Shown piece by piece: positions 35,661-51,378 of a stretch of DNA of 64,000 nucleotides. Source of the DNA: Tubiluchus corallicola (lineage: Eukaryota; Animalia; Priapulida); NCBI GenBank assembly GCA_030141605.1, contig JAQGDQ010002383.1:124001-188000 (forward strand), written 5' to 3'. A program made the translations under genes and the position numbers. The notes under the pieces are model-generated. The model had not been told where the DNA came from, searched no databases, and saw only the letters and a program-made list of their open reading frames with translations. The number at the start of each line of letters is the position of its first letter. Position 1 is the first letter of the stretch.

Positions 35661-38600
35661 TAAGCAGCAAAGGATGTCTCTATTGGTGATCGCAAGATGT
35701 AAGGCATTCGCAGTACGGAGCACAAAAATAATTGGGAACAGATGCCCCTGTACGGTAAGTAGGTGTTTGTCAGGTGATGGATTGACTTCAAAGCCTTAAA
35801 TACAGTCAGTTAACTTACGATCTTATACAACTTACGTGCCCTCTTGGCTGGTTGCTCGTTGTAACTAAATTATCACTAAGCCCCCGGTTCATTTGTTCAT
35901 GCTATGTTTCAGTTTATTGCTTTCTTGCCTGCTTTATAAAACCTATGCGAGCGAATGCAGTAATAAGAAGCAAAAAAATTTGCGTTTTGCCAAAAATAGC
36001 TGAACTAGCAGTGCTGAGCTATATGTAATAGCTTTTTATAGTAGCTATTTAAAACGCAAAATTCGCCCACATAAATGGGTCACTGCAAAATTTTATACAA
36101 GGTGTCTAAAAAGTCAGTTTTGTAATTTTCGTGTAATTTAAGCAGGATTTCAAGTTTCTAAAAGTAGCAATAAATTACTCAGGATCTTCGTTGGCTTCAA
36201 GCTACAACCAAAGAGCGTGGACAAAAGAAGCTCGATTCTAAATTCAGCAAGATTGGTGGATACTGTTTGACAGAAAACTGAATTACCTGAAGAAAATTAA
36301 ATTGCGTGAGGAATGGTAACGAAATCAAGTCTCTTCATACGCCAGAAATTATTGTGAAACGAAAATTTTCCAATAAAAATCAAGACGAGTTGATTCCACG
36401 ACAGAATGGTATTTGGTCAATATTAGCTTTTTGTTGAACTGAGCTGTTTTGTTTTGCTTAAGTTATGCTGTTTAACATAAACAGGCTTTTCCACTGTTTT
36501 TTGGTACTCCAAAAATTTATAGCAACAATAGCTATTGTGATGACTTGCAATAGCTATTATACTAAAACTAACGCTTTATACACCGTGTATGCATAGCTAT
36601 AATGAAACCTAAAGGTAAGAATAACAGGGTAGTAATCATTGCGCACATCAAAGTCATCCATAAAAGAAAGACCTATTATAACGTAGGTCAGAAAAGTATT
36701 GTACACATACTTAAAAGTGCAATAGAAGTAATCTTGGCAGGTTATACTGAAAGGTGCTAATAGTTATTATTATAAAATACTATTAAATGATATTTTATAA
36801 TATCATATATATATAATATAATATCGTCTTTGTTTGTTATTGTTTAGGTCATTAATTAAGTCTTGTCCATGTTGAGCTTAGCTCATAAGTTAATTTCTTC
36901 TACTACGCTCATAGCACTGCAATGCAATGTTAATTTGTAATTGTATAACTTTTGTATTGTGCTAAATTGATGAATAAATTAATCTAAATCTAAATATGTT
37001 TTATAAACGTACAGGTTAACCAACTAAAGTAGGTCCCCACTGGAGAGTGCTACGACACTCGTAGATTATTTCTACTAATGCCATCATGCATCAGGGATTT
37101 GTAAATTTAAATTTACAGTTTGCTGTAAAAATATAGTCAACCATTGGGACAATGAGCAACTGAGCTGTATATACTTCTAGGCACGTGTAAGTGAAATAAA
37201 CTGGGAACCATTAAAGTTTTTGCTCCTCTGTGTGTGTGTGTGTACTGTAGACAAGCATAGAAATAGAATTATCATTTTTGTGAAGCTCAGACGCTTCTGA
37301 TGCAGATCTCATTTGAATTCAGAGACGTGACCGTATTTTGCAAAACAAAAAAAAACTAGCTGAAGAGTCGATACGTCGCTTAACCAAACGTCCACAAAGC
37401 AGTCAGTTGTCAATACTCGTCGGTTGTAGTCACACTGTAAGTTCCAATATATACTAAAATTATCATCGTCGTCGTCGTCGTCGCCATCGTTGTCATCACC
37501 ACCATCATAATCAATATTCACTACCATGTGGCACCGCAACTAACACAAACATCAACGCCAACAACACTATCATTGCCACTAACGCCCCATGACCTTATTC
37601 AGCCACCATTTTTAATTTTGCTGTTTAAATTTTTAACACCAACGGCAGCTAGAATGTCAGCTGCATTCAGTACGATTTACTACACGATGTTCACAATATT
37701 ATAACGCTTTGTTTCACTCTCCTTTCATCAACCCTACACCTGGAGTTTAATACTTTCATCTGAACGCACTGATTATTTTAAATTACCACACTTGTGTAAA
37801 AGATCACGTTTCTGTGACAGACTTGATTGTATGGTAAAGCGAGCGAGTCATCGTTTAATCATGACACCTGAGGCATGGCAGTGATTAAAAGAATTGTCAG
37901 TAGTAGAACTAAAAATCATAATAAAGGTCATTCTCACAGAAGCACAATGGGGAAAATAATTATACTGCAAGTCTGTAATTTGAGTGAAAGTCAGATTCAA
38001 ATGTAAAGATGAATGATCATTGTTATCTATGTATAGTATTAAATGTTGACTTCATGGTTGTTGATGTTGGCACAGCAGTTGCTGCTGCTGCTGCTGCTGC
38101 TGCTGCCCTACTTTTGCTGCTCCTGTTCCTGTTGTTTTTTGCTGTTACTGCCGTTGTTGCTGTTGCTGTAATATTCTGGAATTTGTGATTAAGTACGAAC
38201 GTATTGCCAATGTCTAACTCGCTTTTGTACTAGAAATATTCAATCTGGGTGATGTACCAGACAGGCTGATGAAGTAGCTGTTATTGTTGGTGTTGCTGTT
38301 GTTTCTAAAATTCTATTTCAACTGCCTTTTTATAAATTTTGACGTCATTTTATGTCACAGTTTTCTGAAATTCTGTCCCTATAACAATTCTGCTTTTGCC
38401 GCTGATTTGCGCAAATCTTCATTGAAACGCCGCCTGGTGACAGTAATCATCAGCTGTCATTGGCACGGCCTTTGTTGTCATTATTCTTGAGTGACACTAC
38501 AACAAGTCTACATAAGCCAAAAAAAATCTAAGTCCAAAAATGTATTAGAATGCGCAGTTAAGTGACGTTTCGTTCGAAATTCAAAAATTTTACATAATTC

Positions 38601-38821
38601 TAATAAAATACCTCCTAGTGTGCATCATTCGTAGATAGATGTTGAAAATCCAAACTTGTTAGACATCTTATATGTAAAACCAAATTACCTGCAACACGTT
38701 TTAGTCATTGTGGTGACGTTTTTACTGACAGCAGCAAAGGACACAGTGAAGCGGAATTTAGTGATGGCAGTGGCGTTTGCTGCAATGATTATAATGAAAC
38801 TAGGGTAACAGTGATAATTAC

Positions 38822-38851
38822 GATGATGACGACGATGGTGATATAATAATA

Positions 38852-38900
<49 letters not shown>

Positions 38901-38958
38901 CGATGATGATGACGACGACGACGATGATAATGATGATGATGATGATGATGATGATAAC
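38822..38958. repeat. (GAT/GAC)n microsatellite
   Basis: Direct inspection. Confidence 0.9.
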
Positions 38959-39210
38959 ATAGTGATTTACATAATACATGTTATTGTAGCCTTAGTTCTG
39001 CTTAAGAATCACACTTTGCCAATGAATGCCGCTATCCCTCTATTATTCATAATATCATTGCGATTGCTGTTATGGTTTCTCCTAAAAGCTGTATTTTATT
39101 AAAATAAATTCATAACCTCGTACTACTCAAATTATTTTATTATAAATTTATAGATGTGTCTGATGTTGTATTCTTTGATGTGTGGAAATAAATTCATAGT
39201 CATAATCATA

Positions 39211-39760
<550 letters not shown>

Positions 39761-40619
39761 AATGCTGCTAACGATAAAGATGGCGATGTGGCAGTGGTTA
39801 AGATAACGACTGAAATTTATGACACTTATTACAAATATCATATCACTTAGTTTAAGGGAATCAAACTGTGCTTAAAGCGAACATTTCCTAAGAAGGGCAG
39901 GACTAACCTGCCCCGCTAATGCCCTATACGGTTTTAAGCAATATAGGATTTTGCGGTTATTGTCTTACGTGATTGCCGAAAAAATTTCTCCTAGGCGGCC
40001 TCCCAGGGAACTCGGATTTCAGTGTTCAATAATCATTTCAACGCAACCTATTACGGCAAATTTCTATCATAATTTCTTAACGTTAAATGATTTATATTTG
40101 ACATTTTGCGATATAAATCCCAAACGACTACACTGACAATAGACGTTCAAAATCACCTTGGATTTTGATTGTAATACAATCTTTGCACAGTAACTTCATA
40201 TGTTTTTACCCAAAATTGACATTAGAATATTATAATATAATTTTATCGCTGCAAACTGACAGTATTTAGACACTCCTTCTAGAAGTGAAAATTGCTAGAC
40301 ATCTTTGAGCGAAATATATGAAGAAGAACAGGTGGAAGAACAAGAAAAAGAACAAAAAATGAAGGAAGAGAAGGAGAAGGAGGGCTGGTCTTATATATGC
40401 AACTGAGGAAGCGCAGGGGTAGATGGTTACGGTAGAGCCCTCTTCCCTCCTCCCATAGCAAGTAAGTAAGATCTTTATTTACCATAACAAATAATCGTAG
40501 CAAATAATTAAGAAACCTAATCAGTGAATGTTTTAAAAAACATACACTGTTAGAGGCAAATGAGACAATGGAAAAGCTAAACTACACGTACAAATAACAA
40601 AACAGAACTTTAAACTTAA

Positions 40620-41157
40620 AGGAAGACAGGATGATTTTTCATATACCACCCCATTTTCAAGTCTGATAAAACGTGTACATTTTAACACAATTAATACTGC
40701 AAAAGCGTTTCTGATAATTAAATAATAGATTAAAAACTTAGATCCCAACTATTGATGACAGACACAAACTAACATAATTTTCAACAACAAAAATATTCGA
40801 CGAGCGTGTTGCACGTGTTGGCGAAAGCGAAAATTGAACTGCAGTACTACCGTAAGATATTCAGAATTTCAAATTTACCGTTGTGCTCACGCATGAGCTG
40901 TCGAACGTGTGTAGTTCGTCACAAACTAACACATCTGAACTGAGAGGTACAGCACCTGTTTTTGTGCAATGCGTTTCTAAAATGCAGGCGCTAGTGCCTC
41001 TCTAACTAGCGAATGGCGAAATGCGTGTAACAGCGAAGAACTAGTATCAAAAATGTGAAATTGTGTTTGTGTTGTAATAACTCTAGTACGTTTCCTTTCA
41101 ATATTTTAAAGAATAGACTATTTTGACCTACAGTTTAAGATTGGGTCCGAATTTGCT
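40620..41157 (+). mobile_element. TTAA-flanked non-autonomous DNA transposon, family 2 (Kolobok-like)
   Basis: Starts ttaa|AGG; shares aggatgatttttcatat...gcgtttctgataat...gcatgagct with 63713-64000; ends ...gct|ttaa near 41160. Confidence 0.55.
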
Positions 41158-42249
41158 TTAAACTTTACATATTAACAAACTGACTAAGATCAGGTATTGA
41201 ATTAAAAATGAGTAGTCCTAGAAACACGACCAGAAAGATCTGTTCATGTGGAACATGACTAGTAAATTCCCAACACAAGTGGGAGTCGAACCCAAAACCT
41301 TTGAATCAGCACACATAGAAAGACGACCACTGCAAATTACTGTAAATAAATTTGATAAATAAAATAAACGAATTTGCAGATAAATACATAGAGCTTACAA
41401 AGAACACACTTTTGACTCCTGTTCGTTTATCTGCCGCCATCTTGTTGCAGACAAAGTTTGCTGGTATATCCCTCCAGTGACCCTGTGTTTCCACAAATTT
41501 CCCTTCTTTTTGTGGGAACAGCGGGAAAAATTGCTATTTAAATTTTGCGGCAATGGCGGCATTTCTATACACATTGATTGAGTTGAAATTTTAAATTATA
41601 AATTAATTCATAATTTAAGCGTTTGTTGATTATTCAGCGGTAGATCAAGAATTACTGGACATTTAAGAGAAATTAAACTTGGCACGATTACTGCGCCATT
41701 TTCAGTCATTTTTCCTTTGTAAATAATTAGTCTTGTAAACAGAAATTCATCGACGTTTCGTTTCACGTTCAATGTCGCTAAATTTCTGTTAAATTTCTGT
41801 TAAAAAGAATAATAATTGCAACTGAGGTATACATTATGGGTATGCATATGGCCTTATATTTATTTTCTTAATACTAATGCCATTTTGACTTGGAATATTT
41901 GCCCATTGGACTATACATTTACTAACCTTTTTTTAAATGTTTAGCTTACTAATCCTCTGTTCTTTGTGGAAATATTTATTTTATTTGTCATGCAGTAAAT
42001 GTCCTAAATAGTGATTTTTAATTAAGCTTTGTTTATTGCATTTGTTTATTGTTTGTTTGTGGCATTTATTGTAGTATTAAAACACAAGGATTGTCAATAA
42101 TTACTTTATGAGATCAGATCTATTAAACTAAGCAAAATGACAAATTTTCTTTTTAACGATGCCAAGAAGCCTACAAAGCATCCACCACCACCATCATCCA
42201 ATGAATCACACGTCCAGGGACATGATTCTGCTCACCTCTCTATGCCAGG

Positions 42250-42580
42250 TCTCCCTGCTCGCCGCAGTGCCCCAAGTGCATTTATTTCTAAGGATCAATG
42301 CTGAAGTGTTTAAATCTTTCTGTGCAAAATCTAAATATGTTAACATTTGTCCCCTGCAGGTTTTTTAGCTGGTTCTATGGCTTGTTGAAGAGCTATCTTC
42401 ACTGGAATATCATCAGGTAGTCTAAACATATGCCCAATCCATCTTAAACGGCGTCTTTTTATTTTTCTTGTCCAAGGTTCTTCTTTTATTTTTTTCATAT
42501 AGATCTTTGTTTGAAATTTTCTTTGGCCATCTAATACCCAAAATGTTTCTGTAATTTCGCCTTTGAAACACATCGATTTC
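42250..42580 (-). mobile_element. RTE-type LINE ORF2 3' fragment
   Basis: Frameshifted FQRRNYRNILGIRWPKKISNKDLYE / IKRRRLRWIGHMFRLPDDIPVKIAL, characteristic of the RTE C-terminus. Confidence 0.8.
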
Positions 42581-43792
42581 AAAATACGGCCACTCTTTCA
42601 CTGCGCCAAAACAATGGTACAAATCTTTTTGATTGCCGAAAGTCACTAAATCACTCACATTCAACTCAATTTATTCACACCTATTGTGAACTGAAATATA
42701 CGTAAAATAAATAAAAATACATAGGATGTTTAAAAAATAAAGATATAGTGTTAGTTTCTTGCTTGAAATAGGTTTCAATTGCTTCTATTCGTGTTTCCGG
42801 AAGCTTAGTGCGTTTTCATTTCATTTGATAAGTAAAAGTATGTAAATATGTTAAAAAAAACTCATTTCTGGTATTTACTGGTTTCGATACAGTAAGTTTA
42901 TACAGCCAAATTCGCTTGTGCAATTGAATAGAATTGATTCACGCGATTTCACGTTGTATATCACGCAATAAAAACTGTTTGTTTTGTCATTTATCTTGTA
43001 TGTCTGAAATTGTTTCAACAAATTTTAAATCTCCATCAGAGCATACATTAATCAAAACGTCAAGGACCAATTATAGAAGTATTTACACTCTAAATCATCA
43101 TCATCATATGCCCATTACGTCTATTGTGTCTCTATTGCAGAACTCTAAAATAAAAGAAATCTTCTCTCAAGACAGGTAAACGCAGCAGTAATCAAGCAAA
43201 AAACTAGATACTGCTATGCCAGTGACTTGTCAGTGATCGAAATAACACAATATGGAATATCTTCAAAATACTGAAATGGAAAAGCTTTATTGATTTGTTA
43301 CTTTTTGAACGCTCTGCCTTTATCACAACTCGATGACTTTAGCCAATCAAAACAAAGTCATTTTCTCATAACTAATAAAAAGAATAAATTCATGTCCAGG
43401 ACGTTTTGCGCGTCTGAAACGACGCAGGCAGTTTTGCAAGACGTTTTAATACTTTTCCTCCTTTGAAGTCCGTCTCCTGTGGAATTTATAGTTCGCTTAA
43501 TTGAGAAGTTGTTTGTATATGGTCTGCATACTGTAATAAATTTCCTTATTCAACTAAACTCCATGTTAAATTGTTTCGCAATTTCTACTAGCGCAGCATC
43601 AAAATAAATTGCGTATATTTTTTGCACGTACAATAATTCAAGAGAGTTGCAGCGTCGTTATATTTCTGCATGAGGAATTCATCTAAACAGATAAGTATTA
43701 GAACGCAATTTATGCGGTGAAATTGTTTACATCTTATAACTTTAATCGTCGTCGCCATCGCCGCCACAAGAGATGCCAAAGAAGAGCGCACA

Positions 43793-44165
43793 AAGGGGAA
43801 GAAAGGGGAATTTTGAAGTATATCTCAAAGAACTTTCCACATAAAGTTTTATAACTTAGCATTACACTTACCTGTTTGAAACATTTATTATGTAACTAGA
43901 AAAGAGAAAAACTAGAAAATAATTTAAAATGTTCGCGCCAACTGGTAAAACGTCACTCCAGTGTGTATCGCTGATTCACTAGAAACGCATTACAGATTTT
44001 ATTAGCAAGATAAAGTAATTTATACTTTAGCTTAGTTAGCAAAGAATATGTTACAAATGGCTAGATTATTTTTACAAACTTCACGCAGTGTTATCTAAAC
44101 CTGTTTCAAATGACTTTTTTTAAATGGGTGTTTATATTTACAAGTTTTACTAAGCGTTACTGCTA
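43793..44165 (+). mobile_element. Kolobok-like family 1, partial copy
   Basis: Aligns to 21011-21410 (atgtaactagaaaag, tgttatctaaac.tgtttcaaatgac). Confidence 0.75.
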
Positions 44166-44430
44166 ACACTTAGTAATTTCTTCTTCTCCCTTCCTTCTTC
44201 CTATCCCTAATCTTACTATTTTTTCCATTCCATCATGTCTACTAACCCTAACCATTCTTTCGTTCACTCATTTGTGCCACCTTAACAAGCCAAGCTTTCA
44301 AGGTGTCATACGGCAACTCTTTTATTTGGTTAATTTGACTTCATCAACGCTTTTTTACCTATACTGTTTCTTTTTGTTTCAATAATATTGCATGTTGATG
44401 TATTGTATATGTATTGCTGGAGTGAAATAA

Positions 44431-44536
<106 letters not shown>

Positions 44537-45205
44537 CACAAGCTCTGTTTACAATAATATAGCATGTAGGTGATACAAAATTACAAGACTAATTCTTTAA
44601 CCTTTATTTCTGAAAAGTGTTTTCTTATGCTTTAAATAACCGTTTCCAACGTTTGACCGCACGCTAAGCATGACAGGTTTGATGAAACGTAAGGCTTCCG
44701 CCAAGGTATAAAATTTAAGAAAATTAATCATCACTGAAAACCAATTCGACTAAAGGTTCTAAAATTTTATTAAAACTGATGAGATGTTGAACTAATTGAA
44801 AAAGGGGAACACATATAAATGTTCACCGCTATCTAATAGACTTCTGAAACAACTAAAAACTTCACAAGCTTCCCTGTTACGGGCGTCACGTGACAGTCTG
44901 TACTTGTTACTTGCATGATATGATGACGTTCACGGTGACATTCGTCGACAAGCACTGAACCGAACGTGTGCTTACAGACATCCCATAACTAAAGCCCTGA
45001 GGAGCTCGCAAATTCTGAATTAAAGTATATATACGTATTTGGCAGGAAAACGAAAAATTTTTGCAAACTATAAACCGCATTCAGTGAATTTGCAAAATAC
45101 TGCAGCTTTCTTTGATACTTATTTAAGACCCATCAGACTTTCTGTTTTCATTATATATTTATTTATTTATTTATTCATTCACTCATTTATTTATTTATTT
45201 ATCGG

Positions 45206-45400
<195 letters not shown>

Positions 45401-45483
45401 ACATTTGTTTATTTATTTACTATTTTATTTATACTTTTAAACTAGTTTCCGAAGCTGGCAGGTCTTTCAAAAGAATAAACAGA

Positions 45484-45700
45484 AATAGCTCAATCGGCTG
45501 CAAGCTGTTTTTCCATGTCGAAGGTTGCCGGTTCAATTCCGCGTTTAGCAGTTAGCTTAAAGCAGTTAGAAATAAAAACAATGTTTACTGGAACTTTCTT
45601 CATGTATTGAACAAACAGGGTCAAGTTTCTGCAACACAGAAAAAAGGTTAACTCCACCCAGCGAATATAACGACGCATATATGCTTCACCCAGGTATATC
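45484..45700 (+). mobile_element. tRNA-derived SINE
   Basis: A box tagctcaatcgg, B box ggttcaattcc; downstream aactccacccag core-like motif. Confidence 0.5.
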
Positions 45701-46857
45701 AGCCCGTCGGCTACATAGTGAGACGGGGAGATGGAGACATTAACCCAGACAATCTAGAACCTGTAGTTGCTCAATGGCTGGAACCATGTACTCTGTGTGT
45801 GTCATATAATCGCTCATCTTAGACAACTACCTAAATATTCTGACATCGACACATCATCGCTGACATCAATATTAGCACATAATGATACCGCTAAACAAGT
45901 GGAAAATGTACATAGATGTTCGTTGTTATTTAGTTTAAAAATAATTTATTATAGGATTGGATCAGACAGTTTGAACAACATTATTTAGGATCCTCATCAC
46001 AACAGACTTTATACACTATTTACAAAAACATTTACAGTAAGAATAGACTATAACTACACAAGCTGACAAGTTTTACTACAAGATTACATTAGACATTAGT
46101 AGAAAATGACGGTTAGAAAATATTAATGTACGAATATTTAAGACTGATGCATTTCATATCAGATAGAAACTACTGGAAGCGTTTAGTACGTAATATAAAG
46201 TCATGTAGGCATTGGAATATTGTACAGTTAGCAACATAGTTAAGTTCATCTTTTCCGAATAATAACAATTTCAACAGATCATTAGTTCCTAAGGCAGCTA
46301 TATTAAGGTTGTCGGGCAGAAGTTGCTATTTCAGCGAATGCCTTTGTATATTTAGACATACGAAAACTATTTTGCATTACTATTGTATAATATTGCTGCG
46401 TATAATAGTACTTGCATTTTGCTAAAAGTGTTTTTTAATATGCACCCAGTTTGCATTTACGTGACGTCACTGATGTAGCAGTAAGGAACATGCCTTGTTA
46501 CGAACTTCTTACAGCTACCTTGCAATTTGTAATTTTATTATAATTTTGTTGGTCAATAAATTACATACATACGTAGGTAAGTGACGCCCGCAGCATTTTT
46601 GATACGCCACAAATTGCGTAACGTGCAATTTGCGCATGTACATTAAGTGCATTACTAAAATAACGCAAATGGATTATAAGGTAATTTCGATGCCATTTAT
46701 GGCAAAACAGAAAGCCTATGCTTGCGGCAGGCTAGTGTTAACAATTTTGAAGTAATTCGACGTAAAATTTTAACATTTATGAAAATGTCGGTCTAATTAA
46801 CTTAATTTATACAAGCGAACAAAAACATAACTTGAGGAAATGAGTTAAAGTGTTAAT

Positions 46858-47082
<225 letters not shown>

Positions 47083-50000
47083 ACTTTTAAAACAGCAATC
47101 CGTTTTCAAAACACAAAAATTAAAAACAAAATCACAATTATTGTACATTAAGTTGTTTGTCTTTAAAACATTTGAAAGATCACGTTTCGTAAACAACAAC
47201 ACTGCGCATTACAGTCAAACTACACTGAATTAAACTAGACGCATCGACGCATGCACACTGCCATCTGTTTGAATACGTAATTTCGCGTGCAATTTAGATT
47301 TTGTTTTGGAAGATTTTGCAAAAAAAGTTTCTAAAATATTGCTAAATTAAACGCCTCTGGGTCTGTTTTTGCCAGCGCAGACTCAAGGTCTTAAAATGGC
47401 TGGCTTAAAATGTGACTAGGACAAGAACAAACTAATTGGCAAAACTTGAAAAGGTTGGGCAACTAAACTTACACAGCTTATAACACTCAAGGGAAATAAA
47501 AATTTTGGAGGGATGCTCGGTGACCTATGGTGGGTCAGTCAGGGTGGTAGTTGTTGGCTGCTTAAACTACAGGTGTTTGAAACTGAGTTACATAATAAAG
47601 TGTGTAGAGATTTAATACACGCCTCTAAATTGGTCACTCCAAGTGAGTGGGCGCGGCTGACAGAAGCCAAAATGTAAAATAAGGAGTCACAGGTTCGATG
47701 ACCTGTTAAGAAATTACCAGCAGCCAAATTTTTGTTTTACAAAGTAGATACCTGAGGGCATTCTTATAGTAAACAGAGATTCTATCGAATAACGTTTAGA
47801 ATTCAATAAGTAATTAAACAATGTTCAAGTCAGTTGACGGAGAAAGAAAAAACTTCAGAGACATTATACTGGGAGCCGACTAGGGCACAGATCCTAAATT
47901 TTAGACTAAGCTTTTCAACATGTCTGTGAGCAGAATCCGCCAGTCTTATTTAAACGAACCAACTGAGATTGCACCAGCAAATGGTGCATTATTACATATG
48001 TACCAGCGAAATTACATGTTCTCTTAGCAGAATTAGCCAGTTTTATTTAAAAGAACCAACCGAAATGCACCGACAAATTTGCAAAACATGCCGACACAAG
48101 AAAATGGGTTAACAGAAAAGACATTTTTGACGTAAGCATACAGCTCGAAGACTTTGGGAGTCTGGAAAAGAGTTTCATAACCTATATTGGATAACTTATA
48201 AATCATATTCCTGGTGGCAATTGCCCGAAATGATACGTTGACGGTCGGTAATTTGGACAATACAAACGTCAAATATAATAAAAATGAAGTGGATAAATAC
48301 ATCAAAGTTTTATGGAGTAGAAAAATACAACATGTAAACCAGTAGACCGGTAATCCGCAAGAGATAATTCCTGTGTGGCTTAGAAAATAATGACATTCGG
48401 ACCATTTACAGAAAGAGAGACACTAATGTATATAGATATTGTAAAAGAACTAACCCAAAATGATCTTATAGTAAACTGATTATACAGGATACTGTGTTAT
48501 ATACGAATGACATTAGCTTAACATTATTTATGTATGTAGAAGCTACAACATATACTATTTGTACATACAGTATAACATGTATAAACAATGTACGCAATTA
48601 TTAGATATATAATTAGAATTAATAAATCATAATGCAGTATTGTTAGCTTGTTTAGTAAGAAATTGTAACTGTGAAGAATTTAATGTAAAAATTTATTCAA
48701 TGTACATAATGTAAAGATTCATTTAACATTTTTGTACTTATGTGCCCTGCAAATAGCGGGCTTATTGTATCATTTTCAATAAAGATTTTTAATAATAATA
48801 ATAATAACAATAATAATAATTCCTGGTGGGGGACACTTTCAGCAGGTCAACCAGCAACTTTTAGTTTGTGATTAAAAGTCAAAGGCCAATTCGCAAAATT
48901 ACATCTCAAACACTAGAGGAATAAAGTTCAAAACTTAATAGTATTAAGCAACAGATTAGTGTGAGGACAGATTATAGAAGGAATCCCCGGCAGCACTGAA
49001 TGTGTGATTGAGTTCAAAAGCTAATTTCTCAACTGACAAATAGCTTAAACAGTAACGAAAACTCAACATGTGGAATAAAAGCAAGCCAATTAATAAGTAA
49101 ATTGACGCGACGAAAATGTTAACGCCCTTCACTTGCAAGCCTTTGAGTTTCGTACAGTCTATCTGTGACGCTGCAGGACAGTGTCTTGCAACCCAGATCT
49201 ATTTACTTCATTATTACCTGAACAAAATGTCGCAGGTTGTATTTAAGTACAGTGATCGGAAACATGCATTGCCGAATTTTGATGATTAATCGCTAAAATA
49301 ATTTTTGCTTGAATTAACGACTATGAATCCACTATGAGCTCATTGATTTGCCCTCACTGCCCCAAGTTTTTTTTAAATCAATTTGTGAAACGCAATGCTT
49401 CCTCGCTTTCCAGGTGCTAAACTCTGACCGTATAACAGACGTACAAACAAAGTCTTTTTCAACATTTTATTCGCGAAATATCACAATTACAACTTACGGG
49501 CAAAGGCTCGTGTTGCACAAGCTAAAGTTTTTAATCCTTTGGAGCTTAACGACACCACATTATTCAAAACTTAATAATGTTATTGAGCGCATAGCTGTGT
49601 TGTTTGAATACAATAGTATAGCACTATTACTCTTCCCTCCATTTTGCAAAAAAATCTTTGAGAGGCACAATAAATGCAAGTTTAAAGCAGCGCAGAAAAC
49701 ATTTTTTAAATTTAAGCTCAAATGAGTCTGCTGTAATTGGCGTAAATTTAGCGTAAAATTGCTGAGATACATAATTACGGCACACGTTATAGACTGAACT
49801 ATCACTACATACAGTGCAACACTAATGTTAGAAAATTTTCTATTAAATACAATGGAATTCAATTGCTCCAGCTATTAAAAATGCCAACTCGCTGCCCATA
49901 TTTAAAAAAATTTATAAATTAAACTTACTTGAAACGTATAACTGATCACTCAATCATGATTTGTTGTTTTTCATTTTCAAAAACTTCCCCTCTAGTATAA

Positions 50001-50779
50001 TAATATTTTTATTACTTCCCACCCGTATTTATATTTGTATATATTGTAATATTGTATCTGTATATATTGTAATTTTTTCGTAACTAATTCTAGTGGCCTA
50101 CCATAAGCTAGCTTCTTAGGTCTCTAGCGCAGAATTCATGAATTGTATCATAAGTTTGTATTAACAAAAACTGATTATCGATGCACATGTAATGTATATG
50201 TATATGTTTATTGCGAAATAAATCTATTAAATCTAAAAAAAATCTGACCAGTTGCATTTTATCTGTGTTTTATCACATACGCGTGTGCATTGTTAAGTAC
50301 GTATGAGATACCCGTGACGACCGCCAAAACGAACACAGCTTGTTTCACCTGCACAAAGCTTTTCATTATGGCATGGTATTTTAAATATGGTCTGGTTATC
50401 AGTAATATCTACATTTGGCACCCAATCATGTGTTTCGTTCAGTCAGTGCTGCTTTAAATCTAGGAAGCCACAACAACAACGGAGCAATAATCATTTAACT
50501 AACCGAAGTCTAATACATTCTGAAATGTAGCAGTTTAACTGCTGCCAGCGTTTAACCTTTTCCAAACTTAAATCATTTAATCCAGGCCATTATCCCGGGC
50601 CACAAATTTCCATCTTTATTGCTCGCCGCATAATAACCGCCTAACACCTCACGACAATTTATGTAAAATATAAGCCGGTGCCGACATTTCCGTTTGTGAG
50701 CACTATGCTGTGTTTTGTTGCTATGCTGTAATGGCTGATGCAGTCTGTTCAGCTTGAGAAGGGGGATTGGGGAGCAGTG

Positions 50780-51017
<238 letters not shown>

Positions 51018-51101
51018 AAAGCAGATATACCATTTTGTTTTCACAATAACACGTATAAAATAGACTAAACATGACCCATAAGTCCGAAGCGGTGTTTTAT
51101 C

Positions 51102-51378
51102 CAGTGCCGTATTCACACTTGGTGAGGATATAAGCACTATATAAGGCTCTGAGGCCCTCTTTTTTTAAATTTCGCCAATTGGTCCCAGAAAACTTGAAAA
51201 TATGCGTGGCTTAATTATTTATAGCAAAGAGAACAATACACTTGACTAAAACATTACTAAATTATTACTTAAATATAAAAATGGGTATAAAACCCAATCT
51301 GGAACCTTGTTGAGGCCCCATGTAGATTGTGAGGCCCTAAGCTGTCGCTTACTCAGCTGATACCTAAACCCGGCGCAG
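51102..51378. mobile_element. hAT-like MITE (CAGGGCCGGA-related family)
   Basis: Perfect 8-bp TSD gttttatc (51094-51101 and 51379-51386); decayed TIRs CAGTGCCG / CGGCGCAG; subterminal gaggccc repeats. Confidence 0.75.
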